Shown: positions 1-10,754, numbered from the whole stretch's first letter. The stretch is 63,428 nt of DNA, filler included, from Craspedostauros australis (GCA_030167865.1; 14 parts of 14 records of this genome joined end to end with filler, not necessarily neighbours in it); one strand, 5' to 3'. Notes: generated from the letters alone by a model not told the origin. Program-made: numbers and translations.

Positions 1-553
1 GGACTCAATTCGAAACGTCATGAAGTTCGATTGGCGGTCTGTCCTTCGGTTTTATCCATGACTAATCCAAGTACCGGACGGTCCTGCGGGTCCTTTGACT
101 GCGCCTGCCAAACCTATCGCGAGGACCAAGTGCGCAACTGTTGTGGATAGAATCCAAGGGAACAACAACCTCAAGCCTTCACCAATACAGCTCAGTGGCA
201 TTATACTCAAGTTGGCAGCTTTGCGCGATTCTTCTGTATCTGCGGAGTAGGTAAGGAGAACGGCAGTGAGGGTCCCCAAAACCTCCAAAAGGCACTCTCG
301 TCTTGGATAGTGATTGATCTAGGTTGGTTTCAAATACTATCTTACAGTGTGTCAACGGGCGCATGGCAGACCAGAAAATCCAAAACAAAAAATGAGGTAC
401 CGATCAACGCACTGATCTCCTTGACACATCAACCTCCGAGCCCGGAGCGATCGATCAGCACGCCGTGGGAGCAAGGACATCCACCAACACTCATACCTCT
501 TAGAATACTTGCGAAGTGAACGCTCAATGCTTACCGACCACTTTCCTGGAACG

Positions 554-1513
554 ATGTACATTCAACGGAGAATACTAGTCTTATCGACGATCTTGTTCAC
601 TCGATCTCTGGCATTCCATGCCACTCTTTCGACGTATGCAAATCCGTCATCGTCGTCGTCATCGGTGGTGTTGTCACTATCTCAACAAGGCAACGGTATC
701 AGTGATGGTGACAACAGCGGTAGCGGCGGTGGTGTGTATGATGCCGTCGTTGCGGCGTCCACCAAGGCTCATTTTCCACCTGACAAAGCCAGGACCGTCC
801 TCGATGATCACCTCGTTCCGTCCGTTCAATACGGCGACCGCATCGGTCTGGGACGTGACGCGCAAGGCCTGCAGGACACCACCGGCGAGCTCATCCGTGC
901 TGACGACGAACGGTTGGATGCCACGTACGGGGAGTTTCCCTACGACAGCTTGGATCGATTGATCGATTTGGCGATGTCGCGCATGACGACGGTTGATAGC
1001 GCAAATGGCATCACATTTGTCGATTTTGGATCGGGTTGTGGGCGGCTGCTGTTTTACCTGGCGCTCACACGGTTGAGATGGAAGTTGGGCGGGATTGAGA
1101 TTGCGTCCCTGCTGCATGACGAAGGTGTGCGCTGCATGGAGCTTGCCAAGCAAATGGATATCTTTAGTGGAAATGATAGTCATGATGCGAATGGAATCGG
1201 TAGTGCCAGCAATCCCATCTCGCTGTACTGTGGCGATGCCAAACAGTACGGCAGCGTCCTTCGGGATGCAAACCTGATCTTCGCATACAGCACAACGTTC
1301 CCGGCAAAAGAGTTCTCGCCTGAACTGACGGCGTTGGTTTTGGACGACGAGTGGACGGCACTGTTTGATGCATGTTCCGAAGGTTGCATCGTCATCACGA
1401 CAGATCGTGCGCTCAATCCCAACCGAGGATGGAGACTGATCGACCGGTTAGAAGTCGACAATTCCGAAGTCTTTGGGAGCATGGGGTACATTCAGATACG
1501 AGAATCATACTAG
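554..1513 (+). CDS. SAM-dependent methyltransferase, DOT1-like class I fold, probably plastid-targeted
   Basis: Motifs YGEF, FVDFGSGCGRL (motif I), GIEI, LYCGD, LIFAYSTTF and GCIVIT. ATG 554 gives a hydrophobic signal peptide ending RSLA|FHAT (ASAFAP-like), followed by a Ser-rich transit-like stretch. An upstream in-frame ATG exists at 527. Confidence 0.8.
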   Translation: MYIQRRILVLSTILFTRSLAFHATLSTYANPSSSSSSVVLSLSQQGNGISDGDNSGSGGGVYDAVVAASTKAHFPPDKARTVLDDHLVPSVQYGDRIGLGRDAQGLQDTTGELIRADDERLDATYGEFPYDSLDRLIDLAMSRMTTVDSANGITFVDFGSGCGRLLFYLALTRLRWKLGGIEIASLLHDEGVRCMELAKQMDIFSGNDSHDANGIGSASNPISLYCGDAKQYGSVLRDANLIFAYSTTFPAKEFSPELTALVLDDEWTALFDACSEGCIVITTDRALNPNRGWRLIDRLEVDNSEVFGSMGYIQIRESY

Positions 1514-1691
1514 TACACATGAGTACAGGATTGACGGTTTGTCACACGAGCACTTCCATCACGCCAACTCTATCACACTACGGGTAATATGCCATTGTGA
1601 GCGAGGAGAACCGTATCATTCAACTATATTCTCTTCCTCCCCAGAGGACTATTGCAAACTTGCGCTACTCTGTGCATAGCTTTCTTTGTCA

Positions 1692-2978
1692 TTACTTCTC
1701 CTGCTGCTGCTGCTTCTGTTCTTTCTCGATCGATACCACGTACCCGTTCGCACGTCGCAGGAATGCTAGCGCCGCATCCAGATCTCGATTGATCAGGCTC
1801 GTGTTCTTGCTCGCTTTCTTCTTCTCGAAGCTTTCAGGCGTGGCCGACTTCCAGAATCGTCCCAAAAAGAATCGAAAGTAATCCGCAACCGCCAGACGGT
1901 AATGCCTCATGGCGACGTCACGCGGATAATGCCTGTCCGATTTGGCCAAGCAATCGTTGAGCACCTCCAGGTAATGGTCGATCAATTGCTGCTCGCCACC
2001 ATCCGCCAAGTCCTTGGCCCGCACCGCGTGATGAATGTGCATCGCGACATCGCTCATGCCGATCCCAACACCGGTTGATGCAAAGTCCAGCAGGATCGCT
2101 TCGCCATCCTTCGTATTGCGTGGCAAGAACACATTCATGGACTTGAAATCACCGTGCGACAGCGTTGTGTGCGAATCCGTAGCGCTCGGTGACAGCTCAT
2201 CACAGATGGATTGCGCCAAATCCGCGACACGTTGTCCCAAATCCTCTCCGCACGTCGCGAAAAGTTCCGGGTCATAGTCTGCGAACTGAACTCGAAAGTT
2301 CTCCCACGCCTGCTGCATCCCCTTCAGTTCTTTCGGATTGCGAGTTTGCAAATGGTAGCTCCCACGAGATAGACGATCCTCCGCGATGGTCAACAGTTCC
2401 GTGTCCTCCCAGGCTGATGCATGCAACTTGGCCACGGCTGTCAAGCACTCCTTGCATTGCGCCAACGTCAACGGTGATTCTTGCATGTACTTGGTCGGAT
2501 CGATGGACTCCAATACGAGGAAGCCGCCTTGTCCCACATCATCCCATGCGGTGGTTACATCATCGCAGGGATCCGTACTTTGCACATCGTCTGGGATCAA
2601 TCCTTCAAGGTTGTATTCGCAACGATAGACGGTGGGTGTGGCACGGAATAAGCCTCTCGATGCCAGCACGGGCATCATTTCGTTGTAGAACCGAATCTCC
2701 GTGCGAATGTACATCAGGGTGCGTCGCAAATCGGGCCAGCTCTTGTGTGCGTAGTTGGATGCCACGCACTGTTTGACGAAGACTTCCTCCGGAATGTTCT
2801 CATCGGGAGACACCAGCGGAGACGGCGGCGATGGCGACAATGATGACGATGATCCCGCATTCTTCAGCTTGATCCGATGTCCCTCCGCATTGGCTTGGAC
2901 CACTTCCGACGCAATCTCATGCGTGGCTAGCGATGGGAAGGTCTGTCCCAAGATCGATGCCAGGTTGCCGCAGTGCAT
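1692..2978 (-). CDS. Ecdysteroid-kinase-like / APH-choline-kinase family phosphotransferase
   Basis: Motifs VFVK, E-x-RFY, FLVLESI, AVAKLHA, catalytic loop TLSHGDFKSMN and LLDF...G.G.SD. Start is uncertain: first ATG at 2978, but the frame is open to 3098. Confidence 0.8.
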   Translation of the reverse strand: MHCGNLASILGQTFPSLATHEIASEVVQANAEGHRIKLKNAGSSSSLSPSPPSPLVSPDENIPEEVFVKQCVASNYAHKSWPDLRRTLMYIRTEIRFYNEMMPVLASRGLFRATPTVYRCEYNLEGLIPDDVQSTDPCDDVTTAWDDVGQGGFLVLESIDPTKYMQESPLTLAQCKECLTAVAKLHASAWEDTELLTIAEDRLSRGSYHLQTRNPKELKGMQQAWENFRVQFADYDPELFATCGEDLGQRVADLAQSICDELSPSATDSHTTLSHGDFKSMNVFLPRNTKDGEAILLDFASTGVGIGMSDVAMHIHHAVRAKDLADGGEQQLIDHYLEVLNDCLAKSDRHYPRDVAMRHYRLAVADYFRFFLGRFWKSATPESFEKKKASKNTSLINRDLDAALAFLRRANGYVVSIEKEQKQQQQEK

Positions 2979-3588
2979 GGTGATTGGCGCTTGTACGAGT
3001 GGTAGAGATGCCTGCTCGAGTACTGGCGCCAATACGAGTACGATTGTTGTTGCTTCGGCACTTCTGCCGTTGTCGTCCTCGTAAGTGTGGGGATGCAAGA
3101 GGAATGAGGGTGTGTTGGTTGGTTGGACAACGCCAATCGGAGTTGGACAAGATACGTACTCGTGACTGGTCGATCTCCATCCATCGACTGAATCCCGTCA
3201 AACCACCAACTTGGATTTGTGATGACTGGGTCGTACGAGTAGAGAAGAGAGGAGGCAGCCGACATCTCTTATGCTCAACCATTACACCATCTATCATCGC
3301 ATACTACTTTCCCCAGTTCTTCATCCGGATGTGCAGCATGTAGTTACCACCGTAGTACAAGAAGGCACCTTGCGTGTTGCATCCAAGTAGCGTTCTATCA
3401 CGTTTGTTGGAACTATTTAGTCGAACGAATCAATCATGTGATCAACCGTTCTGCGCTGCTGCAAAGATACGATCTTGGAGTTGATCTTGTCGACGAGAAT
3501 GATGACAACACGACGCTCCTCAGGAGGAAGTCTTCACCCATCATCTCCTTTCTGCTCCATAGCACGTATCTTCACAAACTCTCTCACG

Positions 3589-4654
3589 ATGCTGCACATT
3601 GATCTACTATTACTTTGTGCGCTGCTCTTTTGCACCTGTCAAGCGGCTGTGGTGGAATTGACGGCGGACAACTTTGATGAGTTGACATCCGAAAAGACGG
3701 TGTTCATCAAGTAAGTCCATTGCATGCGTACTTTTTGTATCTTTGTGGTGGTGGTTGAGCCATGCCATGGATTCCGTTATTTTGTATGACGCCTCTCACA
3801 TCACATCCCATACCGCTCGTTCCTTCTCCCATGTTCCACTTTCTCTCACATTTCAGTTTCTGCACGTCGTGGAGTAAGCCATGCAAGCGGTTGGTGAGTG
3901 GAGTCATGTTCCGTCCGGCCTGCTGTTCTCTCAGTTGTTGAATCCGGGGCTAATCCGACCAGGACCAATATCCCAATGGATGTGCAGACGAAAGAGACTT
4001 GCATGTTGATGACACCATCGTTCTATTCAATCTTACTCAACTCTACTCAACTCTGCCGTGATCTACTGTGTGTTTCCACGCATCCGCAACATACGCACTC
4101 ACGTAAATGCGCAGGAGCCCGAGTGGGGAAAGCTTAGCGAAGCGTGGGAAAGCGACGATGTTGGCCTAATTGGATACGTGGATTGCAGCGTGAAATCGTC
4201 GCGACAACAGCTCTGTCGCAAGTACGGCGTCAATGGATTTCCGACGCTGAAGTACGGCAACCCGCAAACGAGGCTGATGGAGTATTCGGGTGGACGCACG
4301 TTCGAGGATTTGCAAGACTTTGCCAAGGAGGCCTTGGTCCCCATGTGCACACCGCAGAACTTGTCACTTTGCGATGCGTCAACGAAAGCATTGCTGGAGC
4401 AGTACCTGGCGATGTCGATGAATGAATTGAAGGATCTGGTCGAGACGGAACAAGGCAAGATCGATGCGGCGGAAGCAGAATTCCGAGCAAAGACGGAAGC
4501 GTTGCAAAACGAGTACGAGGTGGTGGAGAAGGAACGCGACGAGTCAATCATCCAGATACGGGAAGGCGCGATGGGGGCGTTGCAGATGGTGCATTCGGCA
4601 AAGATGAAGCTGGCGAAGCGGGAGGAGGCCACTGCCGCCGGAGACGAGCTGTGA
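3589..4654 (+). CDS. ER thioredoxin/PDI-family protein, 3 exons (3589-3710, 3857-3893, 4115-4654), SxxC active site, C-terminal GDEL
   Basis: Signal peptide followed by VVELTADNFDE. GTAAGT..TTTCAG and GTGAGT..CGCAG introns give the continuous sequence VFINFCTSWSKPCKRLEPEWGKL...GYVDC...LCRKYGVNGFPTLKY...YSGGRT, then a coiled-coil and GDEL*. Confidence 0.85.
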
Positions 4655-6595
4655 TGTGCTCATGTGCTGGCGTGCTCATGTGATCATGTGATATGAAACA
4701 ATACAAGTACGATGGTTGGTCCATTATTCTATTATAGATTGGTGCGAAATAGCACCAGCTTCGCTGTGCTCAATCATGGTGATCGAGGAAGGTGCAGACG
4801 GAGAACTTTTAGCAATTGCAGAGATCCCGCGTCATGCCAAATCCGTTCGACGAGACCGATGGCATCCAATCCACGATGCCTCCGTTGAGGTCTCCAGAAC
4901 GCTTGCCAGAACAGAGGAGGGTGGAGAGTTGTGGAAGTTGTACTCTGCGTTTGGGTGCGCCTGCGGTTGGTGGCACCCGGACATGGCCAGTCCACCCCAT
5001 CGTCGTATCACCCAAAGACTCACGAGTGAAAGCGAGTGGAGGTTCGGGAACGCTGATGGATGATTGGGCGAACCGCCATCAATCCACACGCCAAGGCAAC
5101 AGCCATTCATCCTGTTGGTGTCAAGTTATCGACAAAAGGACTCCTCCCGCCCACATGATGTGATGTGCGGTGAGACATCAAGTCGACTGTGTTGACATGA
5201 GCCATCAACGATTGACAAACGGACAACAAATCAGATGCCGTGACGACACCACGCCAACTGCGTGTCTTCCATTGCGTGCCAACTGCGTGGGAATGGTGAA
5301 GTCTGGAGAATTGTTTTGATTGGCTGACCAAGTTGAATGACGACATCTGCTGTCCCGATTTGTCGAAGTTTGCCATCAGCGCCACGTGTGTCGCATCTGG
5401 AACAAAAACGTCAAGTACGCTGTGATCCTGTGTGCCACGCCACCTCTTGACAGAAGCCTCCAACGGAAACGCACCGCGCACAGCTTGCGTGTGAATCGGA
5501 TCGGTCAAAATGCCAGATGTAAGATAGAGCGGTGGCCACAAAAGACCCAAATCTTTTGTGCGGTCACTGCGGACGCGTAACGAGAGTTTTCACCCAGGCA
5601 TTGCGCCACGGTTTCTCTCATACTTTTGCGACACCCTTCTCGTGTCACACACACTCTTCCCTTTTCTCAACGCATCTTGTCTCATCGCCCAGCTGTGTTC
5701 GCACGCAAGTACATTTGCACCACCGGATTGCTTGACGTGTGTCACGAAAACAACCACGACAACTGCAACGAGAATACTATTCCGTGCTTGAGGAAGAGAT
5801 GATGGAAAAAGAAGGCTGCGTTCTCTTCTTCTGTGTGATGTCACGCACTTTTTGGCGCGTCGATGCGTTGATTGATGACGTAAACATCGTGGGTGCGCGT
5901 ACGTGATCACTTGTGCGATCACTTGTGCGTGTCCATTTGTCGGAGTCGGAACATCGCATTTGTTGCGTCCCACGATTTTGCGTGTCCCAAAGTGAGCGAT
6001 GCCAGTGTGTGCGATCGATGGTACGAGGAACACGTAATGGTGGTTGACACGAAACCAATCACACAATCAAATCAAGAGAGAAGGGGCAGCGAAAAGAATG
6101 CAAAGCCCCACCACCAACAAACACCACCCACCACACGACCGCACTCAGCAGCTTCGGGATCAATAATTGCGATCCGCACAAAGAAGGTGACACAGGCACA
6201 GAGATCTGTACGAAGCAATCCAGCAGCTTGACACAACGCCGCCAACAAGGGCCAACAAATCAGCAAATCCTCAGATCCACGAGTCCACAAACAGCCCCCC
6301 TGATACCCCTTCGCACACATCGCGACGAAGCGTCTGGTTGACATCAATCGGATCCAGTTTCAGTGCGTTTCTTCTCATCTCGTCCTGTTCCTTCGTTGCA
6401 TCCACGCATAAATCCGCGCTCGCAAGTACGTACACCAACCATCGAAGCATTGCATCTCCCGCACTGCCTCATAAAACCAAGGAACGAGCACCAGCATCAG
6501 CGCCTGCGACCAATCCAAACGCATTCATTCGCAACACCACCAGCAACATCGACATCAACAGCCATACATACATACGCACCTACTCAAACATCACA

Positions 6596-7204
6596 ATGAT
6601 CGTCAACACGGCATCCAGAACAATGATCGCACGCATGTCCTCGCAGGTTGTGCGCCAGGCCGTGCAAGCGCAGAAGCGACGCCTTGCTGCGCCCCTCGTT
6701 TCCGTTCGTCCGTACTCCAGCCTGCGAGATCCACCGCTGATGAGCGACAGAGCCGCTGCATCTTCTGGATACAACGACTACGAGCAGGACTACGATGAAT
6801 ACGCCCTCTATGGATCGCCTGCGTCCGGAACGTGCACGGATCTGGTCATGTACGGCAGCGACGAAACTTCATCGTCCATGTCATCCATCGCAGACGGAGG
6901 CGGCGACATGATATCATCGCTATCTTCTTCCTCGTCCTCCTCGTCGCCATCCTCAACTTCATCCTCTCCAGACTTCATGACGCCCATCGAGGAGCGAGAC
7001 ATGACCACAGTCAGCGAACTCGATGACATCATCCACAGCTCCAACCTCATGGCGATGGACGACTGCGGCATCGTCGCCGGGGAAGACTATTACACCATCA
7101 ACCCCAACCCACACACACCAACAGAATACGACTTGATCATGAGCAGCCACGGCACTCACTACAACAATCGATTCATGGACATTGAGATTTCGGTTGGATA
7201 CTAG
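6596..7204 (+). CDS. Hypothetical protein with mitochondrial-presequence-like N-terminus
   Basis: ATG follows an A/C-rich leader. The N-terminus is Arg/Ser/Ala-rich with no acidic residues (MIVNTASRTMIARMSSQVVRQ...RPYSS); the rest is acidic and Ser-rich. No recognised domain. Confidence 0.55.
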   Translation: MIVNTASRTMIARMSSQVVRQAVQAQKRRLAAPLVSVRPYSSLRDPPLMSDRAAASSGYNDYEQDYDEYALYGSPASGTCTDLVMYGSDETSSSMSSIADGGGDMISSLSSSSSSSSPSSTSSSPDFMTPIEERDMTTVSELDDIIHSSNLMAMDDCGIVAGEDYYTINPNPHTPTEYDLIMSSHGTHYNNRFMDIEISVGY

Positions 7205-8261
7205 AGCACGTGCGTCCTGATGACGGTGCCTTGCGCTTCATTCAAATGGGGCCACCCTTACCCGATCGATCGCTCCAACGCACACACTCATCGCACCCTT
7301 CAACAACATGGTTCGAAGGCGTCCGCGTTGGCGTTGATGACGATGGACAGGAACCAAACCCCATTAAGGGATGGACGGCTGGACAGAAGCGTGCTCGTGA
7401 ATTGGCAATGCTTTTCGCTTGCCACATGACCCTACTCTTCGAGGAGTCCGTCCATCCACGGAGTACGAATGACACAATATATTGGCTTATCCAAACTAGT
7501 ACATCATCATGCATTCATTAAACCAATGATCGTGGACTGTCGATCGCACAATAACAACAATAACATCATCCATAGACTTGCAGGCTAGTTACAACTACAA
7601 CTACACACGGTACCGACAGCTGCATGTCCTCCTTCTTTCGAAGCGACTGCAGTGGTCGCACAGCATGTGGCGAAGATGAGAATTCATGCAATCGACGTCG
7701 CATGCCAAGCTCGAACGTATCTCCTTGCGTCACCCTGGTACCGAGCACGATCAATTCACCCGTGGCGTTCGATACTCGGTTGCCACACACTGCGAGAGAA
7801 GTGCGAGATCTGATGGGGCCGTACCGTTGAGGATGGCGGTACGCGAAGGTGAGCAGACGTGACAAATAATGGAACATTTTGTCACAGACGACTCCGTACC
7901 TTCGTCACGCAAGCGATCTGCTCTGTCCGATGGTCTTTCCTCGCTTTTCATCTTGGTTGTGGTTTCGTCATCTTTCGCAACCTTGGGACAGGGCCGAGAA
8001 TTGGCAGCGCATTCGCACATGAAGTATTCATACAAGAGCAAACGGAGATAACAGTTGAGTGTCGGTTTGTGTGTGAAAATGAGAGAGTTTGCCCACTCCA
8101 CCTGTGCGAATGTGGTGGAGAGTTGTCGATGTTCTTCCCCGTGCGAACACAAAAAGAGACTTCCGCATCGCGTACCCGTAGCTCGATCGTCATTCGCACG
8201 AGCTGGGGACATGAACTACAGCATAGTAGAGTAATGCATTCGAGTTTGACGTACCCTCACA

Positions 8262-8693
8262 TTATGGATGTGACCCGTCGTCGCCTCTGGCTTCCTTGAA
8301 GGTCTGACAGAAGTCTGCTATCAGCGCGAGAAATATCCATAATGGCCAGAAGGCGAACAACAAGCTCAACACAATTGACCAAAGCGTGATTTGAAGAATG
8401 GACGTGGACGTGCCCGAAACAACCCACAGAGTGTTCCGTGGGACACCAGCAGGCAAGAGGCAAGTCAGCGTAGCAACGACCAGACCCATTATTGATATAG
8501 TGGCAATGATGTTATGGCCCATGCGTGACGAGGCCATCATGATCGAAAGAATGTTCCGTTGAACATATGATGACATGGCTGAACCTGCATCGATGGATTC
8601 TTGTGGTACGAACTGGGCCAGATGTGTTGCTGCTGTCAACTCGCCAGTTGCTCTCGCAGAGACGATGGGTGATACGATGAAGAAGCCTGTCAT
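8262..8693 (-). CDS. Possible small membrane protein
   Basis: 143-aa ATG-started ORF with 2-3 hydrophobic segments. No family recognised. Confidence 0.3.
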   Translation of the reverse strand: MTGFFIVSPIVSARATGELTAATHLAQFVPQESIDAGSAMSSYVQRNILSIMMASSRMGHNIIATISIMGLVVATLTCLLPAGVPRNTLWVVSGTSTSILQITLWSIVLSLLFAFWPLWIFLALIADFCQTFKEARGDDGSHP

Positions 8694-9462
8694 GTCGTCC
8701 TTGATTGAGTGCTTTTGATGGTGATCAGGTTGGCGGTGACTCCGATTATGATTGCAATGATTGCGATGGTTGCTGCAATGATGATTTCACAGCTATTGTT
8801 GGTGATTGAGAGGGTTCCGTTGTTGTTGTTTTTGTGGCCTTTGCGACGATCGTGAGTGCGGTTGTACTGTGACATTGTGAAATAGTTGCAACGTGGATGA
8901 GAGTGTGAACGTGACGATGGAGACATCGTGGATCATCATACTCCTAGTATGACAAGGTACTCGTGGTATAAGCACAAGCGTGTTGTCCATCGTGTCGATG
9001 CGTGCACTGAGTTTGTGACAAAATGCGCGGCGCAGACACACGATTTCGAGTTTAGTTGTGTTTTTCGTTGCACAACGCTTCAGTCATGTTTACTCCACCA
9101 ATCCAACAAGCTGGATTCTGGCGAATGACTCAATGGACTACATACACGATCCGCTGCCACGTTCCGAAGCCAGTATCCAAAATACCACTCGGGATTTCTG
9201 GCGAGCGCAAAAACACAAAGATACTGATGCACAAAGAACGGAAGAGAGAAAGAGGAGACCATGCGAACAACACAACAACACACCCCATTCATTCACATAC
9301 TCGAGCACATCAACAACAGTCATCGAATTGCCTCTCATATTCATGACACAGTGCATGGTGCTCATACTCAGACAAGCTATTGGAGACACCACGATCGATA
9401 TCTCTGCCATCGACAGCCAATCCAACGTCAATCGTCTAGCAACCACCGACCATCCTATCAAA

Positions 9463-10308
9463 ATGCCGAATGTCACGATCGTACAACTCCTTGATGCCGC
9501 CTGGGCAGGTGACTTGTCGGTGTTGAAGGAATGGAAGAAGCAGAACAAGACGCAGAATGAAGGAGTTGATGTCAACTGCAAAGACGATAGCGGTTGGACT
9601 CCCCTCCATCGGGCATGTTGCAACGGCCACCTGGAGTGTGTGAAGTACCTCATCGAATCATGCAGGGCTGACTTCAACTGCCAAACCAACGATGGTTGGA
9701 CTCCCCTTCATTACGCATGTCGCAACGGTCACCTGAAGTGTGTGAAGTACCTCATTGAATCATGTGAGGCGAACATCAACTGCCAATGCAACTTTGGTTG
9801 CACTCCCCTTCATGAGGCATGCTACAACGGCCACCTGGAGTGTGTGAAGTACCTCATCGAATCATGTGAGGCGAACATCAACTGCAAAACAAAGTATGAT
9901 TGGACTCCCCTTCATCGGGCATGCCAGAATGGCCACCCGGAGTGTGTGAAGTACCTCATCGAATCATGTGAGGCGAACATCAACTGCGAAGACAACTTTG
10001 GTTACACTCCCCTTCATTGGGCATGCAGCAACGGCCAACTGGAGTGTTTGGAGTACCTCATCGAATCATGTGAGGCGAACATCAACTGCCAATGCAACTT
10101 TGGTTACACTCCCCTTCATTATGCATGCGACAACGGCCAACTGGAGTGTTTGGAGTCCCTCATCAGAGGACTTTCGCCTTCAGCTCACCCACAACTGCAG
10201 CAACTACAGCAACGCTTACAACAAAACAAGCAAGAGAATGAACACAAACACAGCAGCCACAAGAGGACCAACATCAGCATTGGAGAAGACCGACTCAAAT
10301 CCTTCTAA
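9463..10308 (+). CDS. Ankyrin-repeat protein (N-cap plus 6 repeats), 5' part of an ANK-BTB gene
   Basis: Six 34-aa repeats NCxxxxGxTPLHxACxNGHLECVKYLIESCEANI. Probable ATG 9463 (frame open from 9058). TAA at 10306-10308. Confidence 0.9.
   Translation: MPNVTIVQLLDAAWAGDLSVLKEWKKQNKTQNEGVDVNCKDDSGWTPLHRACCNGHLECVKYLIESCRADFNCQTNDGWTPLHYACRNGHLKCVKYLIESCEANINCQCNFGCTPLHEACYNGHLECVKYLIESCEANINCKTKYDWTPLHRACQNGHPECVKYLIESCEANINCEDNFGYTPLHWACSNGQLECLEYLIESCEANINCQCNFGYTPLHYACDNGQLECLESLIRGLSPSAHPQLQQLQQRLQQNKQENEHKHSSHKRTNISIGEDRLKSF
9574..10164 (+). repeat. Coding tandem repeat, 102-bp unit x ~5.8 (ankyrin units)
   Basis: AACTGC unit starts at 9574, 9676, 9778, 9880, 9982 and 10084. Framework codons are nearly identical between units. 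Confidence 0.95.
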
Positions 10309-10654
10309 ACCGAGAACAGGACAGACACCATCTTCTTGTGTGAACAGGGCGACCAACAACAACCAATCAAGACAAACGCCGAAGTCCTCATGATCACCGT
10401 CCCATCCATTCAGACACTGATTGACAAAGGAATCCAACATCAGAATGCGAATGATGGCACCCAAGACGGCACGGCCCCCATGGAAGTAACCATCCCTCTT
10501 CCCAACCTTCAACCAAAACACATCCGATACATCCTCCAATGCATCTACACAGGTGAGATATCCTTTGATGACAGCGTTCGTGACAACGCTGCTGCTCACG
10601 TCGGAGCTTACGCCGACGCTCACCACGACGCAGGTGCCTCTCACCAGTCAACTT
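10309..10654 (+). pseudogene. BTB/POZ domain, in frame with the ankyrin ORF behind a single TAA and truncated by the contig end
   Basis: Reads TENRTDTIFLCEQGDQQQPIKTNAEVLMITVPSIQTLID...EVTIPLPNLQPKHIRYILQCIYTGEI, which matches the BTB pattern (sD..f.c...i.ah..vL...sp.f...i.l....p..f..lL.yiYtg.i). Confidence 0.7.
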
Positions 10655-10754
10655 NNNNNNNNNNNNNNNNNNNNNNNNNNNNNNNNNNNNNNNNNNNNTT
10701 AATTAATTAANNNNNNNNNNNNNNNNNNNNNNNNNNNNNNNNNNNNNNNNNNNN
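10655..10754. other. Artificial contig linker (44N-TTAATTAATTAA-44N, stops in all six frames)
   Basis: Identical 100-bp spacers also at 39022-39121, 40466-40565, 43631-43730, 46390-46489, 49239-49338, 51541-51640, 53341-53440, 55299-55398, 58076-58175, 59450-59549, 60752-60851 and 61896-61995. Confidence 0.98.

Noticed and set aside
3589..4720. Selenoprotein PDI (UxxC + SECIS)
   Set aside because: The active-site codon is AGT (Ser), there is no in-frame TGA before GDEL*, and I see no SECIS.
4716..6347. Short ORFs between the PDI gene and the 6596 gene (also 1-520, 7200-8250, 12400-13900, 26090-27000, 28200-29400)
   Set aside because: No recognisable motifs, mostly non-ATG starts, and lengths expected by chance at this GC content.
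9113..9178. Inverted repeat TGGATTCTGGC...GCCAGTATCCA upstream of the ankyrin gene
   Set aside because: An 11-bp stem with a mismatch and a ~45-nt loop is within chance expectation.
9574..10164. Diversity-generating retroelement (adenine-specific) behind the ankyrin variation
   Set aside because: Many variable codons are NNC/NNT as in DGRs, but silent adenines (GCA in all six units, GAA and TCA in units 1-5) are invariant. No template repeat or DGR-type RT is present, and the RTs in the window are ordinary transposon RTs on unlinked contigs.
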